Shown: positions 1 to 10,667, counted from the stretch's first letter. The stretch: 64,000 nt of DNA from an uncultured Methanosarcinaceae archaeon (GCA_963727895.1 CAVSHT010000004.1:416001-480000), one strand, 5' to 3'. Notes: generated by a model not told the origin, from the sequence alone. Program-made: numbers and translations.

Positions 1-130
1 TACTTTTTTGGTAAATAGGGGTAAGACTGTTCATCTATTACTCATTTAGAGGTTTCAATACTTGAATTTAATGTTTGAGACCACCTTGAAATTAAAAATA
101 GTGATAATGTTAAAAAATAGGCAACTCATA

Positions 131-247
131 TTATACACAATTTTTATTAAAATCTGTGTATTTCAAGCACTTTTAGCCTCATTTTCGGGTAAAAAATGAG
201 TCAAAAAGGGCCAAAATACACAGGTTTTACAATAAAACCTGTGCATA
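131..247. mobile_element. Putative MITE with long imperfect terminal inverted repeats
   Basis: TTATACACAATTTTTATTAAAATCTGTGTATTT at the left end approximates the reverse complement of AAATACACAGGTTTTACAATAAAACCTGTGCATAA at the right end; no ORF. Confidence 0.55.
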
Positions 248-477
248 AACAAAACAAAAAAGCAGAAACTTTACTAGCTAAACAGTAATGAGATATTTTT
301 ATAGAACTCATTGCTTATTTTGCCTTTTTGGGCGTTGGGCAAAAAAATCTTTAAGACATTAAAAAGTTGAAGACTTGAAATTCAACAAAAAATTTATATC
401 TATTAATTGTGTAGTAATGTTAACACCTAAGATATTTTTATAACATTACTTCAAAATCGTTGATTCCATTTATTACT

Positions 478-552
478 AGGATTTACGCGGTTGAGAAATA
501 AAATCAGGTGCAAATAGCCTTATCAGAATTTCAGTTCAACTACGTAAGTCCT
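478..552. mobile_element. Short MITE-like element (AGGACTTACGCA-type TIR)
   Basis: AGGATTTACGCGGTTGA ... TCAACTACGTAAGTCCT inverted pair; TA dinucleotides at both ends. Confidence 0.6.
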
Positions 553-658
553 ATATTACTATATCCATATGTGGAATCTTACGAAAATGGATCTCTTAGT
601 AATTTTACCTTGTAGATATATGCAAAGCAGAAAAAAATAAAAAAGTCACTGAATATAA

Positions 659-774
659 TAAGACTTACGCCCTTCTGAGGCGAAAATCAACTACAGTAAA
701 AACCGCATGTAAGATTTTGATTTCCGAAATTTTCGATTATTGGCGTTGATTTTATACCCAAATGCGTAAGTACT
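659..774. mobile_element. Second MITE-like element of the same TIR family
   Basis: AAGACTTACGC ... TGCGTAAGTACT inverted pair. Confidence 0.5.
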
Positions 775-795
775 GTCTAAATAGGGTGATTAAGA

Positions 796-1542
796 ATGGA
801 ATATGAATTGGATATTAATATAGTTAATACTGATCAAGACCCGACTCTAACTAAGCTACACAATGGTAAATACAATTTATACATATTTAAGGCTGTACAG
901 AGTAGTGCAGCAGGAGGCGCTCCTCTTGTCTGGCAGGGTTATAGGTATGATGAATATGAAGATGATACCACACTAACTTGGACTGAAATTTACTCAGGTT
1001 TTATTTCAAAAATTGTAATTGCTCCTGACGTAAGCTTCTTGAGTACGAAATCTATATCAATGGATTTTGGTGATATGCTTGTCGTTGATTCAAGTGGTAA
1101 CATAATAAAAAATAGCAGCGGTCAAAAAACTGATTTCGAATTCCAAGATACTAACACCGATATTGATTATACATGTGGAATTTGTCAGAAGGATCGAAAT
1201 GGTAAAATGGTTCCAATGTGTGCCTTTCCCCTAATTACAGGTGCGACAGATTATATAACACCAATTGAAAAAGTAGGTCTATTTTTTGCAACAGCGCCAA
1301 TAAACACTGGTTCTGTAAAAGAATATTCAAAAGCCAACGATGGTATTATTATTGATTTAACTAATCCAAATATAAAACGCTCTGTAGAATTCAGCCTTAA
1401 AACTGGATGGAAAACAACAGACAGTATTGACAATGGGCAACACTTTGGGCCTAATGATAAGTTAGTCGATATTCTAATCACATCGGATCAGGATATGAAA
1501 TTAGCCAAAGCAGTAATTGCTCCAAGCATATCTAAAAATTAA
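796..1542 (+). CDS. Hypothetical beta-rich protein resembling an uncharacterised bacterial family (RhiA-like)
   Basis: 248-aa ORF with GGTGA SD-like motif; motifs FKAVQSS-GGAPLVW, TCGI-Q, PMCAFPL, PIEKV-L-FAT, IDLT recalled from bacterial hypothetical proteins. Confidence 0.6.
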   Translation: MEYELDINIVNTDQDPTLTKLHNGKYNLYIFKAVQSSAAGGAPLVWQGYRYDEYEDDTTLTWTEIYSGFISKIVIAPDVSFLSTKSISMDFGDMLVVDSSGNIIKNSSGQKTDFEFQDTNTDIDYTCGICQKDRNGKMVPMCAFPLITGATDYITPIEKVGLFFATAPINTGSVKEYSKANDGIIIDLTNPNIKRSVEFSLKTGWKTTDSIDNGQHFGPNDKLVDILITSDQDMKLAKAVIAPSISKN

Positions 1543-2165
1543 ACTTGATTGTACGTTTAGGATAGGACTCATATACTTGAGCCAAAAAACGATAGCGTTG
1601 AACATTTAAATTGACATTCCGCAGAATCTTCTGGAAATTAAAGTTAAAAGCTTTCATTAAAGGCATATAATCGGAAAATGTGAAATGTTTCTAAAATATG
1701 CTTAGATAGGCAAAACAATTTCCAGAAAAAAAACGATAGCGAGAAATTTGTGGAATTTTAGTGAACATCTAAGGAATGTCAGTTTAAACATTTAAAATAT
1801 TAATTTTAACCATAACGTCTAGGTACTTAATTTTAAGTCTCAAGTGCGTATGATCTTGTGGGATCAAGTGATAGCCTTAAAGACAATTTGTACCTGAATT
1901 TCTGAAAATATTATAATCTGAACTTCAAGTTATTACTTCACATTATCCAATGATAGAAAAGATTTAACTTTTTAATAAACTATAACTAAGTTTAACTGTT
2001 GTAGTGTAGAAACAAAATTTCCACAGTTTGATACTATATAACTTTCCTTTGTATACCTTTTTCTCGATAATGAGAATGGTTAACTTTTCTAATTATAAAG
2101 GTTTCGCTAATTTTGCGATAAAGCTAGGTTTTTTCACTGCAACATATTTTTTAGAGGGATTGAAA

Positions 2166-2576
2166 ATGTGGAATAGAATAAAAAAAGAAAGATTTATTAA
2201 AGTATTAGTGGTACTTGTATTAATCTTCATTTTGTTCTTCAGTTCGGTGACATTCGGGCAAGTCGTAAGTTTACCAAGTGACTCTGGTAAGGCAACTGGT
2301 GTAGTTTATGCTAGTGATGGAGTTACTCCATTACTTGTAGCTGATGTAGTTAATGGCTCATATATAGAATTATATAATGCAACATCTGACTTATCAGCCA
2401 ATATTTGTGTTAGTGACACAAAAGGATTATACACCACCAAAACAGTACCATCGGGCAAATACGGTTTGAGAGTTTATTTTAAAAGTAAAAATGTCGGGAA
2501 CTCATCTATTTTTGCAATTCAAAGTGGTCAACTTACACAGGTAGACTTACGAACCTCAAGAATATCAACGAGCTAA
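2166..2576 (+). CDS. Secreted/membrane-anchored protein with carboxypeptidase-regulatory-like (beta-sandwich) domain
   Basis: ATG 2166 after GAGGG; basic N-terminus plus hydrophobic signal; G-V...SD-G-Y...VP-G-Y-L pattern. Confidence 0.6.
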   Translation: MWNRIKKERFIKVLVVLVLIFILFFSSVTFGQVVSLPSDSGKATGVVYASDGVTPLLVADVVNGSYIELYNATSDLSANICVSDTKGLYTTKTVPSGKYGLRVYFKSKNVGNSSIFAIQSGQLTQVDLRTSRISTS

Positions 2577-2810
2577 AATATAATCCTTCTATTCTTTTTG
2601 TGATTCATGTGATAGACTATTTCAAATAATTTTAATGCACTTTCCATGTCTTTTGTAGATACGAGAAATAGGACAATTAAGATTTCGAACCATCAGTTAA
2701 ATAAGCATAGATTTATGGGGGAATGGATAGGTATTGTATCTTTTTGAGATAGAGTTGAGATTTGAACCCATCTTCTTACTTTAAGTCGTTAATTATATGG
2801 TACTTTTTTC

Positions 2811-3876
2811 TTAACTCTCAGCCAAGTGTTGTAATCCCTTTTTATCACTAATAAAGAATGCAGTAATTGCCCCTGTCAAAAATACAGCTAAAGAACAATA
2901 TTTTTTTACAGAACGCATCGTATATCGGTGTAAATTCTCCATATTGCACGTTTTTTTGGCTAATTTAAATACGTCCTCAATGAGAGATCTAATAGGCTTA
3001 AGTCCTCCCCAATTTTCCATCAAAGTTTTAAATTTTGCTACAAGTCTATTATATATTTTCTTTTCTTCTTTCGTATTTCTTTTTGAATCAAATATGTTCA
3101 GAGGATAGCTTAGCATATCGAAAAGTTTATTATAATTGCAATTTATCCTTGGAAAAAATAATCGAAACTATTTTGTATTTCGCTATTCCTATTACATAAT
3201 TTTCATATGAAAAATAACCTTTATCGAAATAAAGTACATCTCCTGGTCTTATTTTCTTTCTTCTCTTTAGCTCTTCTAGAATCTGAGGATAAACCGTGTA
3301 TTCACTAACATTTGCTTCATTAACGATGAAAGCTAACGGTTTTAAGCTTGGATATTCCATGGCAAGACTCAGTTTCATTCCTATGAAATAACCTCGATGT
3401 TTAGAGTGTCCCCATTTAAATTCTCGATCTTCTAACATCTTTTTGCTAATTTTTCTCTTAAACCAGTTAAGATCAAGATTGATGTCTGTGCTATCGATTA
3501 TGATATGGCTTAAACCTCTTTTACGCCGAGAACAAACATTGTTAAGTAATCCAATAACAAAGTTGATAAATTGCTTAGGATCAAAGCTGCTCATGACACT
3601 GTATACTTCATTTTCAGAAGGTACTGACGTTATTCTCATAAATTTTCGTAATTTTTTCTTTTCGTCTAATTCTCTGACTACATAGGAAATTTCAAGGCAA
3701 AAATACATGCTCAGAATAACGATTTTCAGAGCAGGTATTGATTTTTCGAGAGGTAAGATTTCATGTTGTGAAAGAATTTGCTTGGTGGATCGTAAATCAA
3801 AAACGTTTAATATCTCTGAAAGCAATTTCCATTTGTAATCTTCGTTTGTTGGGATAAGCGGAGGTTTCACAAACAA
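2811..3876 (-). pseudogene. DDE transposase (IS4/IS5-superfamily DDE_Tnp_1 type), frameshifted
   Basis: IDST, FDKGY and IRSLIEDVFK motifs split over ORFs 3130-3876 and 2811-3116; extra base in a T-run near 3150. Confidence 0.85.
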
Positions 3877-4204
3877 ACACCAGAGGAGGATTATACGTCC
3901 TCCTCAATAAATTTTACGATTTTTAACGAAATAAAATCAAGTTTTAGACAAAAATAGAATGTATTTTTTAAGGGAAATCTAGATTTAATGTTATTTGAGG
4001 GAATAAAACATTTATATGCACTTATTGTTTCATAAGATTTTTTAGGTCCCTAGAGTTGTATTTACGTATCCTCTTCAAATTTGATGGGTTTTCAATCACA
4101 GAAAAAATGTATTAGTTGTTCCATTTACCCATATTCATATTTTGGAGAACAAAAATGGATCTTGGAGCTCTTGAACAATTGCTGTTATCACTGAACATCT
4201 ATCC

Positions 4205-4460
4205 GATTCCGTTGCAACAAATCTTAGAATCAGTTTGTAAATCTATGGATTATGAACAAAAGTTAAAATATTCAAAAAGATGTATCAATATTATAGAAAT
4301 ATATTAAATAATTGATTTAGTATATATAATGTAATCAAGACCAGAGTAATTTAGATTATTGACTTGTCCTTTTTTATCATATTCGTTTTGGTTCCGGTAA
4401 TCGAATTTATGCAGATCTCCTAAAATCTAGTCAACATTTTGTGTAAAATGTTACTTTTTT
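4205..4460 (-). mobile_element. Degenerate IS6 3' end joined to a second repeated module
   Basis: GATTCCGTTGCAACAAA IR-like end, IS6 C-terminal remnant, then TTCGTTTTGGTTCCGGTAA...AAATCTAGTCAACATTTT; same arrangement at 8803-9060. Confidence 0.7.
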
Positions 4461-4665
4461 GATATTATTTCAAAATTGATATACGAACATAATATCGAGA
4501 AGTTCGTTTTTAATGCTTATTCTTGAGGGACAGGATAGCAAAACTTGCTGTAAATTCTAAGTTAATTTTTTGTATACAGTAGAATAAATTGATCTTCTGA
4601 TATGGAATTTTTGGCTCAAAAACTTTTTAAAATTTGTAATTTTACCGAACTTATGTTACACTGTC

Positions 4666-4770
4666 GGTAAGTCATGTTTCTGTCCAAAAATGGATCAAGA
4701 AATTTGGTCAAGAGTTAGAGAACCTAAAAAGTGAAAATGCTATATCTATTGTTGAAATGGATGAGATGCA
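4666..4770 (+). mobile_element. IS1-family internal fragment
   Basis: Near-identical to the VSHVSVQKWIKKFGQELENLKSE...MDEMH-coding part of the other IS1 copies. Confidence 0.85.
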
Positions 4771-4796
4771 TTTTGTCTTAAAGTAAATATCATAAT

Positions 4797-6353
4797 TTAC
4801 CAAAATTTATACCATGGTTTTTTTGTTTCCGGTATTTCAATTGATTTTTGATTGATTACATGAGTATTTAAGCAAGAAATATGAGCATTTGTTTCATTAC
4901 TTTTAGGTTTCTGTTTTTCTGCTTCTTTTCCTTGAGCTATTTGTTTTAGGAGAAAGTCGTAATTCTTTTGTGCGTTTATATTTTTAGGATCATATTTTAT
5001 AGCAATCTTAAAATGTTCTTCTGCCTCTTTTTTTCTCCCTGTTTCTGCAAGAAGAACACCATAATTATTGTGCGCATTTGCATTGTTAGGCTCATATTCT
5101 AAAGCCAGTTTATACTGTTCTTCTGCCTCTCTTTTTCTTCCCATTTGTCTAAGGAAATCTCCATAATTGTTGTGTGCAATTGCAGAAGTAGGGTTACATT
5201 CAAAGGAAATCTTAAAATGTTCTTCTGCCTCTTTTTTTCTCCCTGTTTCTGCAAGAAGAACACCATAATTATTGTGCGCATTTGCATTGTTAGGCTCATA
5301 TTCTAAAGCCAGTTTATACTGTTCTTCTGCCTCTCTTTTTCTTCCCATTTGTCTAAGGAAATCTCCATAATTGTTGTGTGCAATTGCAGAAGTAGGGTTA
5401 CATTCAAAGGAAATCTTAAAATGTTCTTCTGCCTCTTTTTTTCTTCCTGTTTTTGCAAGAAGAACACCATAATTACTGTGCGTATTTGCATTATTAGGCT
5501 CATATTCTAAAGCCAATTTATACTGTTCTTCTGCCTCTTTCTTCCTTTCAGTTTCTGAAAGTAGTAATCCATAATTATTGTGCGCATTTGCATTGTTAGG
5601 CTCATATTCTAAAGCCAATTTATACTGTTCTTCTGCCTCTTTCTTTCTCTCCATTTGTCTAAGGAAATCTCCATAATTTATGTGTTTGTTTGCATTATTA
5701 GGCTCATTTTCTAAAGCCAGCTTATATTGTTCCTCTATTTCTTTATTCCTTTCTTGTGGTGAGAGATATCCATAATCATTGCATACAATTGCTCTAGTAG
5801 AATTAGAGTCCAGAGAAAACCTAGAATCTTTTTTTCTATTCTCTAGTTTTCCCTCTTCTTTGTTTTTCTCTATAAATCTGTTCTTATTTTCTGTATGGTA
5901 TCTAGAGTCATTTAGTTGCACATCTAAATCTACAGCAGTTGAGATGAGTTTAGATTCCTTTTCTTTACAAGAATCAAGGATCCTGGCATATGATTTGTTT
6001 GAGTGCATTCTCCAGTCTATATAAGAAAAATGAGCAATGATATCAGGTATAGTGCAATCTATAATTAGTAGTGGAATTAAACGACGCTTTGTATTTGTAG
6101 GATCACGAAAAAGTATAGACTGATGCTCCAGTTTTCCCCATTCTGAGCCAAAATAATCTGGAGACATACACATTAAAAGCGTGTAGGATTTTTCTAAACC
6201 TTGTTGAATCTTTAAAGGAATAGAATCTCCAGGTTGAATAACCCATGAGTCCAGCCAAACGCGCACACCATCCTTTTTAAGTCTCCTAGCAAGAGCATGT
6301 ACGGTCCTTCGATTATTCGAACTGTAGCTAAGGAAGACATCATATTCGAACAT
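4797..6353 (-). CDS. TIR domain + tetratricopeptide repeat protein
   Basis: N-terminal YDVFLSYS...WLD...PGD...EWGKLE TIR; 34-aa repeats ANAHNNYG..L...GRKKEAEE. Confidence 0.9.
   Translation of the reverse strand: MFEYDVFLSYSSNNRRTVHALARRLKKDGVRVWLDSWVIQPGDSIPLKIQQGLEKSYTLLMCMSPDYFGSEWGKLEHQSILFRDPTNTKRRLIPLLIIDCTIPDIIAHFSYIDWRMHSNKSYARILDSCKEKESKLISTAVDLDVQLNDSRYHTENKNRFIEKNKEEGKLENRKKDSRFSLDSNSTRAIVCNDYGYLSPQERNKEIEEQYKLALENEPNNANKHINYGDFLRQMERKKEAEEQYKLALEYEPNNANAHNNYGLLLSETERKKEAEEQYKLALEYEPNNANTHSNYGVLLAKTGRKKEAEEHFKISFECNPTSAIAHNNYGDFLRQMGRKREAEEQYKLALEYEPNNANAHNNYGVLLAETGRKKEAEEHFKISFECNPTSAIAHNNYGDFLRQMGRKREAEEQYKLALEYEPNNANAHNNYGVLLAETGRKKEAEEHFKIAIKYDPKNINAQKNYDFLLKQIAQGKEAEKQKPKSNETNAHISCLNTHVINQKSIEIPETKKPWYKFW
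5008..5415. repeat. 204-bp direct duplication (two TPR units) inside the TIR-TPR gene
   Basis: Sequence from about 5008 recurs at about 5212 and partly at about 5416. Confidence 0.85.
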
Positions 6354-6651
6354 CTTATCATATGTCCGAATTGATTGTTTAAATGTGTAAATTTTGACAA
6401 AAAATCTATTATCAATGAAGAACCTTGCACCTTACGTTTCTCTTCATGAATAATCTGATATTAAAAAATAGACATTATTTTAAAACTTTTCTATTTCTAA
6501 GTGGTTGTTTATAACTTGATATTGTCAAATTGGTTCAATACACAGAACTGACATAACTTTGCTAAAAGCCGTAATACTAAAAATGTTATTTCTGTTTTAT
6601 CGTCTGATTATTATAAAGAAATTGCCCTTTCTGGGCTGAATTTTCCACAAT

Positions 6652-6759
6652 TGCCTATGTGTTTGTTTTCTCGATCATTCCATATTATATAGGAATTCAC
6701 TTGTTTCCTTCGATAACCGGTCCATCAAATGCAAAAAAATACACAGAAACACATAGGCA
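6652..6759. mobile_element. Putative MITE/IS remnant
   Basis: 13-bp perfect inverted repeat TGCCTATGTGTTT ... AAACACATAGGCA. Confidence 0.5.
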
Positions 6760-6937
6760 CTCTTCTCAGTGTCTGTAGATATCGATTAAAATAAGTGTTA
6801 CTAAACAGAAACTATATTTTTGTAAAAAATAGGCAATGAAGTTATAGATACCTTAAGCCAAATGGGAATTTAGGTAATTCAGTACAATATACCTACATTT
6901 TTAAATAGGCGAAATAATTCTAATATAGTTAAAACTA

Positions 6938-7804
6938 CTACAGATTTTTATATATATCTGTTTTAGCTTCCATGTAAGAATTAATTGCTATCTTCATTGT
7001 CCCATTTACGTTGATAATATTCATGTTAAAAATTTTTGCAAATTCAGACGCATTTCTATGAAAATTAATATCTTTATAGTCTGGGTTATTAATTTTAAAA
7101 AGAAGACTATACATAGGGGAATTTAGATATTTGCTAATCTTTTTATAAGATTCAGAAGATTTGTAATTAGTTTCATTCAGGTCGGAAAGCACCATTGGTG
7201 TTGCATATATAGCTCCTTTACCATTTCCCGATAACATTGTTTTTGTGTAAATCTCGTTTCCGCCAAGTGCTATGCTTATACAGTCATCAACAACGTTTCT
7301 TCCATCATCCCTCAGAAAATAAACAGGACAATCAAGTTGCTGCAATTCTGCTTGAACTTTTACAGAACTGAAGCCACATTTTCCATAGAATAGAAGAATA
7401 CCATTTGAGATTTTTGACATTTCTTTGGCATTCAGATAAACTTCAGATTGCAAAAAATCAATATCAGAATGTAAAGCTTTTCTAAGAAGATTCACAACAA
7501 CAGTTAATTCTTGTTTCTTTTCTTTATTGAATGGAATCATACACATTTTTTTGCAGAGAGGGATATTCGAGAACTTTCTCACGAAACTACCGAGTGATTC
7601 TCTATTGATTTCCGATATAGTAGGATACAACTTGTCAGAAGAAAACGTAAAGGGCTTAAGATTTTCATACCTGAGTTTTTTTATAAATCGCAAGCTGTTT
7701 CTGTTCTCTACCACAAATAGCCTTTTAATTTCAGGGTCTTTTGAGAGAACATATACTAGTTCATCTTCAAGTATTTCACAAGCAACTATACTTAATACAG
7801 GCAT
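6938..7804 (-). CDS. DUF1638 domain protein
   Basis: SIVACEILEDE, ALH, LLFYGKCG and VDDCISIALGG motifs. Confidence 0.85.
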   Translation of the reverse strand: MPVLSIVACEILEDELVYVLSKDPEIKRLFVVENRNSLRFIKKLRYENLKPFTFSSDKLYPTISEINRESLGSFVRKFSNIPLCKKMCMIPFNKEKKQELTVVVNLLRKALHSDIDFLQSEVYLNAKEMSKISNGILLFYGKCGFSSVKVQAELQQLDCPVYFLRDDGRNVVDDCISIALGGNEIYTKTMLSGNGKGAIYATPMVLSDLNETNYKSSESYKKISKYLNSPMYSLLFKINNPDYKDINFHRNASEFAKIFNMNIINVNGTMKIAINSYMEAKTDIYKNL

Positions 7805-7819
7805 TCAAAGACCCTTTAA

Positions 7820-8167
7820 TCAAACTATATTCATGATTTCTTTCTTGATGGAAAGATAGCACTTTTCAAATATCTTCTGGGTCCCGCTGACCTCAAATGT
7901 ACTATATCCAAACAATTTTGCGTATTCATTGATCTTTTTATCGATATCTTTTACATATGTAAGACCTGTATTGACCTTTGCAACTCTTGAGTACCCCGCT
8001 AAGTCATTGATTTTTTTTGCCATTTTTAATGCTTTATCAGGATTTGAATGAAGTTTATCGATATTTAAAAGTTCTCTCCATGAACTTGCATACATAGGTG
8101 TAAAGAAGAAAGCAGGCTCTTTGCTGTGGGTTTTAAGGAGTTTAAGGTAGTTTGCACCACCGCCGGA
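7820..8167 (-). pseudogene. C-terminal remnant of a second DUF1638 paralogue truncated at an IS6 inverted repeat
   Basis: GGGANYL...FFFTPMYASSW...GYSRVAKVNTG abuts IR TTTTTTGCAACAGAACC (8168-8184). Confidence 0.75.
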
Positions 8168-8457
8168 TTTTTTGCAACAGAACCGCTTTAAATATCTACG
8201 TACTTTCTTTTCAATTTCAGGAGAGTATTGATGTACCCATCTCATTATCGTAGTGTGATCAACTTCTACTCCTCTTTCTACCATCATTTCCTTTAAATTT
8301 CAATAACTTAATAACTATTTTAAGTACCATCTGATATTTAGTAAAATAATCTCCCCTGCATAATGTTTCCATTTAAAGGAATTTACTGGCATAACATATA
8401 CTCCTACATTTCTATTATTTCAGTAAATCCCTTTCATAATTTTTTTGCAACGGAACC
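8168..8457 (-). mobile_element. Truncated IS6 (5' part) between two co-oriented IRs
   Basis: IRs ending at 8184 and 8457; NSFKWKH...HTTIMRWVHQYSPE remnant with stop and frameshift. Confidence 0.8.
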
Positions 8458-8668
8458 GATTTTTTTGATGTAAAAATATTAGAAAATAAATAAATTAATT
8501 TAATATCTGTCTTTAGCAGGTATCACTTTGTTTTTAAGCTTTTCTAACTTCATTTGCTGTTTTCTCTTCTTCTTTTCTTCATTTGTTAATTTATTATCAG
8601 TAATTTTATCAACTCCACGTTTTAAAAAAGAAAAACGTTTTATAGTTTTAAATTAATTTATTTATTGT

Positions 8669-8724
8669 TTATTTGAAATCACTTATTTGAAATCACTTAT
8701 TTGAAATCACTTATTTGAAATCAC
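8669..8724. repeat. Perfect tandem repeat TTATTTGAAATCAC x4
   Basis: Four exact 14-bp units with no spacers. Confidence 0.95.
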
Positions 8725-8802
8725 TTTTATCCGGCTTTTGTTCTTGGCAGTTCTAAGGCCGGATATTAAGCTTCTATTGCTTGACAATATACTCCTTTTC
8801 CA

Positions 8803-9060
8803 GGTTCCGTTGCAAAAAATATTAGAATAAGCACGTCAATCTGCAGACAATGAGCAAAAATCAAAATATTCAAGAAGATTTATCAATATTATAGAACTAT
8901 TCCAAATAATTGATTAATATATTTAGCTTCATTAAGACCAGAATAATTAAAATTTTTGATTTGTCCTTTTTTAATCATATTCGTTTTGGCTCCGGTAATT
9001 GAGGTTATGTGGATCTCCTAAAGTCTAGTCAACATTTTAGGTAATATGTTGCTTTTTTCT
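8803..9060 (-). mobile_element. IS6 3'-end remnant plus repeated module (second copy)
   Basis: GGTTCCGTTGCAAAAAA IR, IS6 C-terminal coding remnant, then TTCGTTTTGGCTCCGGTAA...AAGTCTAGTCAACATTTT. Confidence 0.75.
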
Positions 9061-9191
9061 TGAAATTTTCGTATCCTCTTCAAATTCAATGGAGAATTTT
9101 CCAACTCGAAAAATGTGCAACAATTTTATCATACAGTTGTAAAGTTGAATGCATTGCTTGAGGCTGTTTATTAGACTTTATTAAATTTTTA

Positions 9192-10048
9192 GGTTCCGTT
9201 GCAAAAAATATCTGCTAAGGATATAATTAAAATAAAAATGAAATCAAAGATAGTGATATGCTATCTAATTCCTTTAAATGGAAGCACTTTGTTGGTGAAA
9301 TTATTTTATTGAATGTTAGATGGTACTTAAAATACCCACTTAGTTATAGAAGTTTAAAGGAAATGATGGCAGAAAGAGGGATAATAGTCAACCATACAAC
9401 CATTATGAGATGGGTACATCAATATTCACCTGAAATCGAAAAGAAGGTCAGAAGGCATTTAAGACCAACAAACGACTCTTGGAGAGTTGATGAAACTTAC
9501 ATCAGAGTTAAAGGTGAATGGAAATATTTTTACCGAGCAGTTGACTCAAATGGAGATACAATTGATTTCATGTTAAGTGCAAAACGAAATAAAAAAGCAG
9601 CGAACAGATTCTTCAAAAAAGCTTTGAACTCTAATCATAATCAAATTCCAAGAGTAATCACAGTTGACAAAAATCCAGCTTATCCACCTGCTATAGATAA
9701 ACTGAAAAATGATAAAATACTACCTATAAACGTAGGCATTCGACAAATCAAATATTTGAATAACATTATAGAACAGGATCATAGATCCATTAAACGAATA
9801 GTTAATCCAATGTTAGGATTTCAGTCTTTTCATACAGCCATTAAAACTTTAAAAGGAATTGAAGCTATGAATATGATTAAAAAAGGACAAATCAAGAACT
9901 TAAATTACTCTGGCTTTAATGAAGCTAAATATATTAATCAATTATTTGGAATAGTTCTATAATATTGACATATCTTTTTGAATATTTTAACTTTTATTCA
10001 TTATTCATAGATTTACAGGCTTATTCTAAGATTTTTTGCAACGGAACC
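9192..10048 (+). mobile_element. Complete IS6-family element
   Basis: IRs GGTTCCGTTGCAAAAAA / TTTTTTGCAACGGAACC enclosing an intact transposase; no matching TSD. Confidence 0.95.
9258..9962 (+). CDS. IS6-family transposase
   Basis: WRVDETY, TVDKNPAY and NNIIEQDHR DDE motifs. Confidence 0.95.
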   Translation: MLSNSFKWKHFVGEIILLNVRWYLKYPLSYRSLKEMMAERGIIVNHTTIMRWVHQYSPEIEKKVRRHLRPTNDSWRVDETYIRVKGEWKYFYRAVDSNGDTIDFMLSAKRNKKAANRFFKKALNSNHNQIPRVITVDKNPAYPPAIDKLKNDKILPINVGIRQIKYLNNIIEQDHRSIKRIVNPMLGFQSFHTAIKTLKGIEAMNMIKKGQIKNLNYSGFNEAKYINQLFGIVL

Positions 10049-10078
10049 ATTTATTTGAACTATAGAATCTCACTTGAT

Positions 10079-10209
10079 GAGGCCATCCCAAAACCAATTT
10101 TATTCTCAAAATCATAAAATTTTCAGTATTGTTTTCATTATCCGAAGCTCAAATTAATGATTGCAAATTCAAGATCTAAATAAACGATTTTGAGTTTTGG
10201 GATCGGCTC
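10079..10209. mobile_element. About 130-bp MITE (GAGGCCATCCCAAAA-type TIR)
   Basis: GAGGCCATCCCAAAAC ... GTTTTGGGATCGGCTC; GAT on both flanks. Confidence 0.7.
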
Positions 10210-10667
10210 GATGGTAAAATAATATGTTTTAGGGATACTTCCAATTAATTTTTAGAAACAAATTCTGATTTTTTTCAATATATTTAAATAATAACAGTAA
10301 TAATGTACACTGATAACAAGTGTCATGCTATTGATTATCATATTATTGAATCTATCTCTAAATATGAAATTTAGGTCTTGTAGAAAAATTATATAAATCA
10401 GCTACAATAGACTGGAAAGAGTATACACTTAAGATGCAAAATCAAGTGCATTAGACATTGAAATTAGATTTACGTTTTAGATAATTGAAGGTTTAAAAGC
10501 TTACTGGTTTATAAAGAACCAAGATTCGCTTTTTAAATCTCGCATTTTGGATTACAAATCAAGTCTCCACTCATGAAAACAATCCGGAAAAGTGAGACTT
10601 TCTTAATATTCATTTAATGTCGGTTAGTCAAAATAATTCAAAAATTAATATTGGAAGGACTGTTTCC

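Noticed and set aside
5008..5720. CRISPR-like or DGR template/variable repeats
   Set aside because: Repeats are in-frame 102-bp TPR units; no reverse transcriptase is present.
8669..8724. CRISPR array (repeat contains TTGAAA, like archaeal CRISPR repeat ends)
   Set aside because: Units are 14 bp and contiguous with no spacers; no cas genes in the window.
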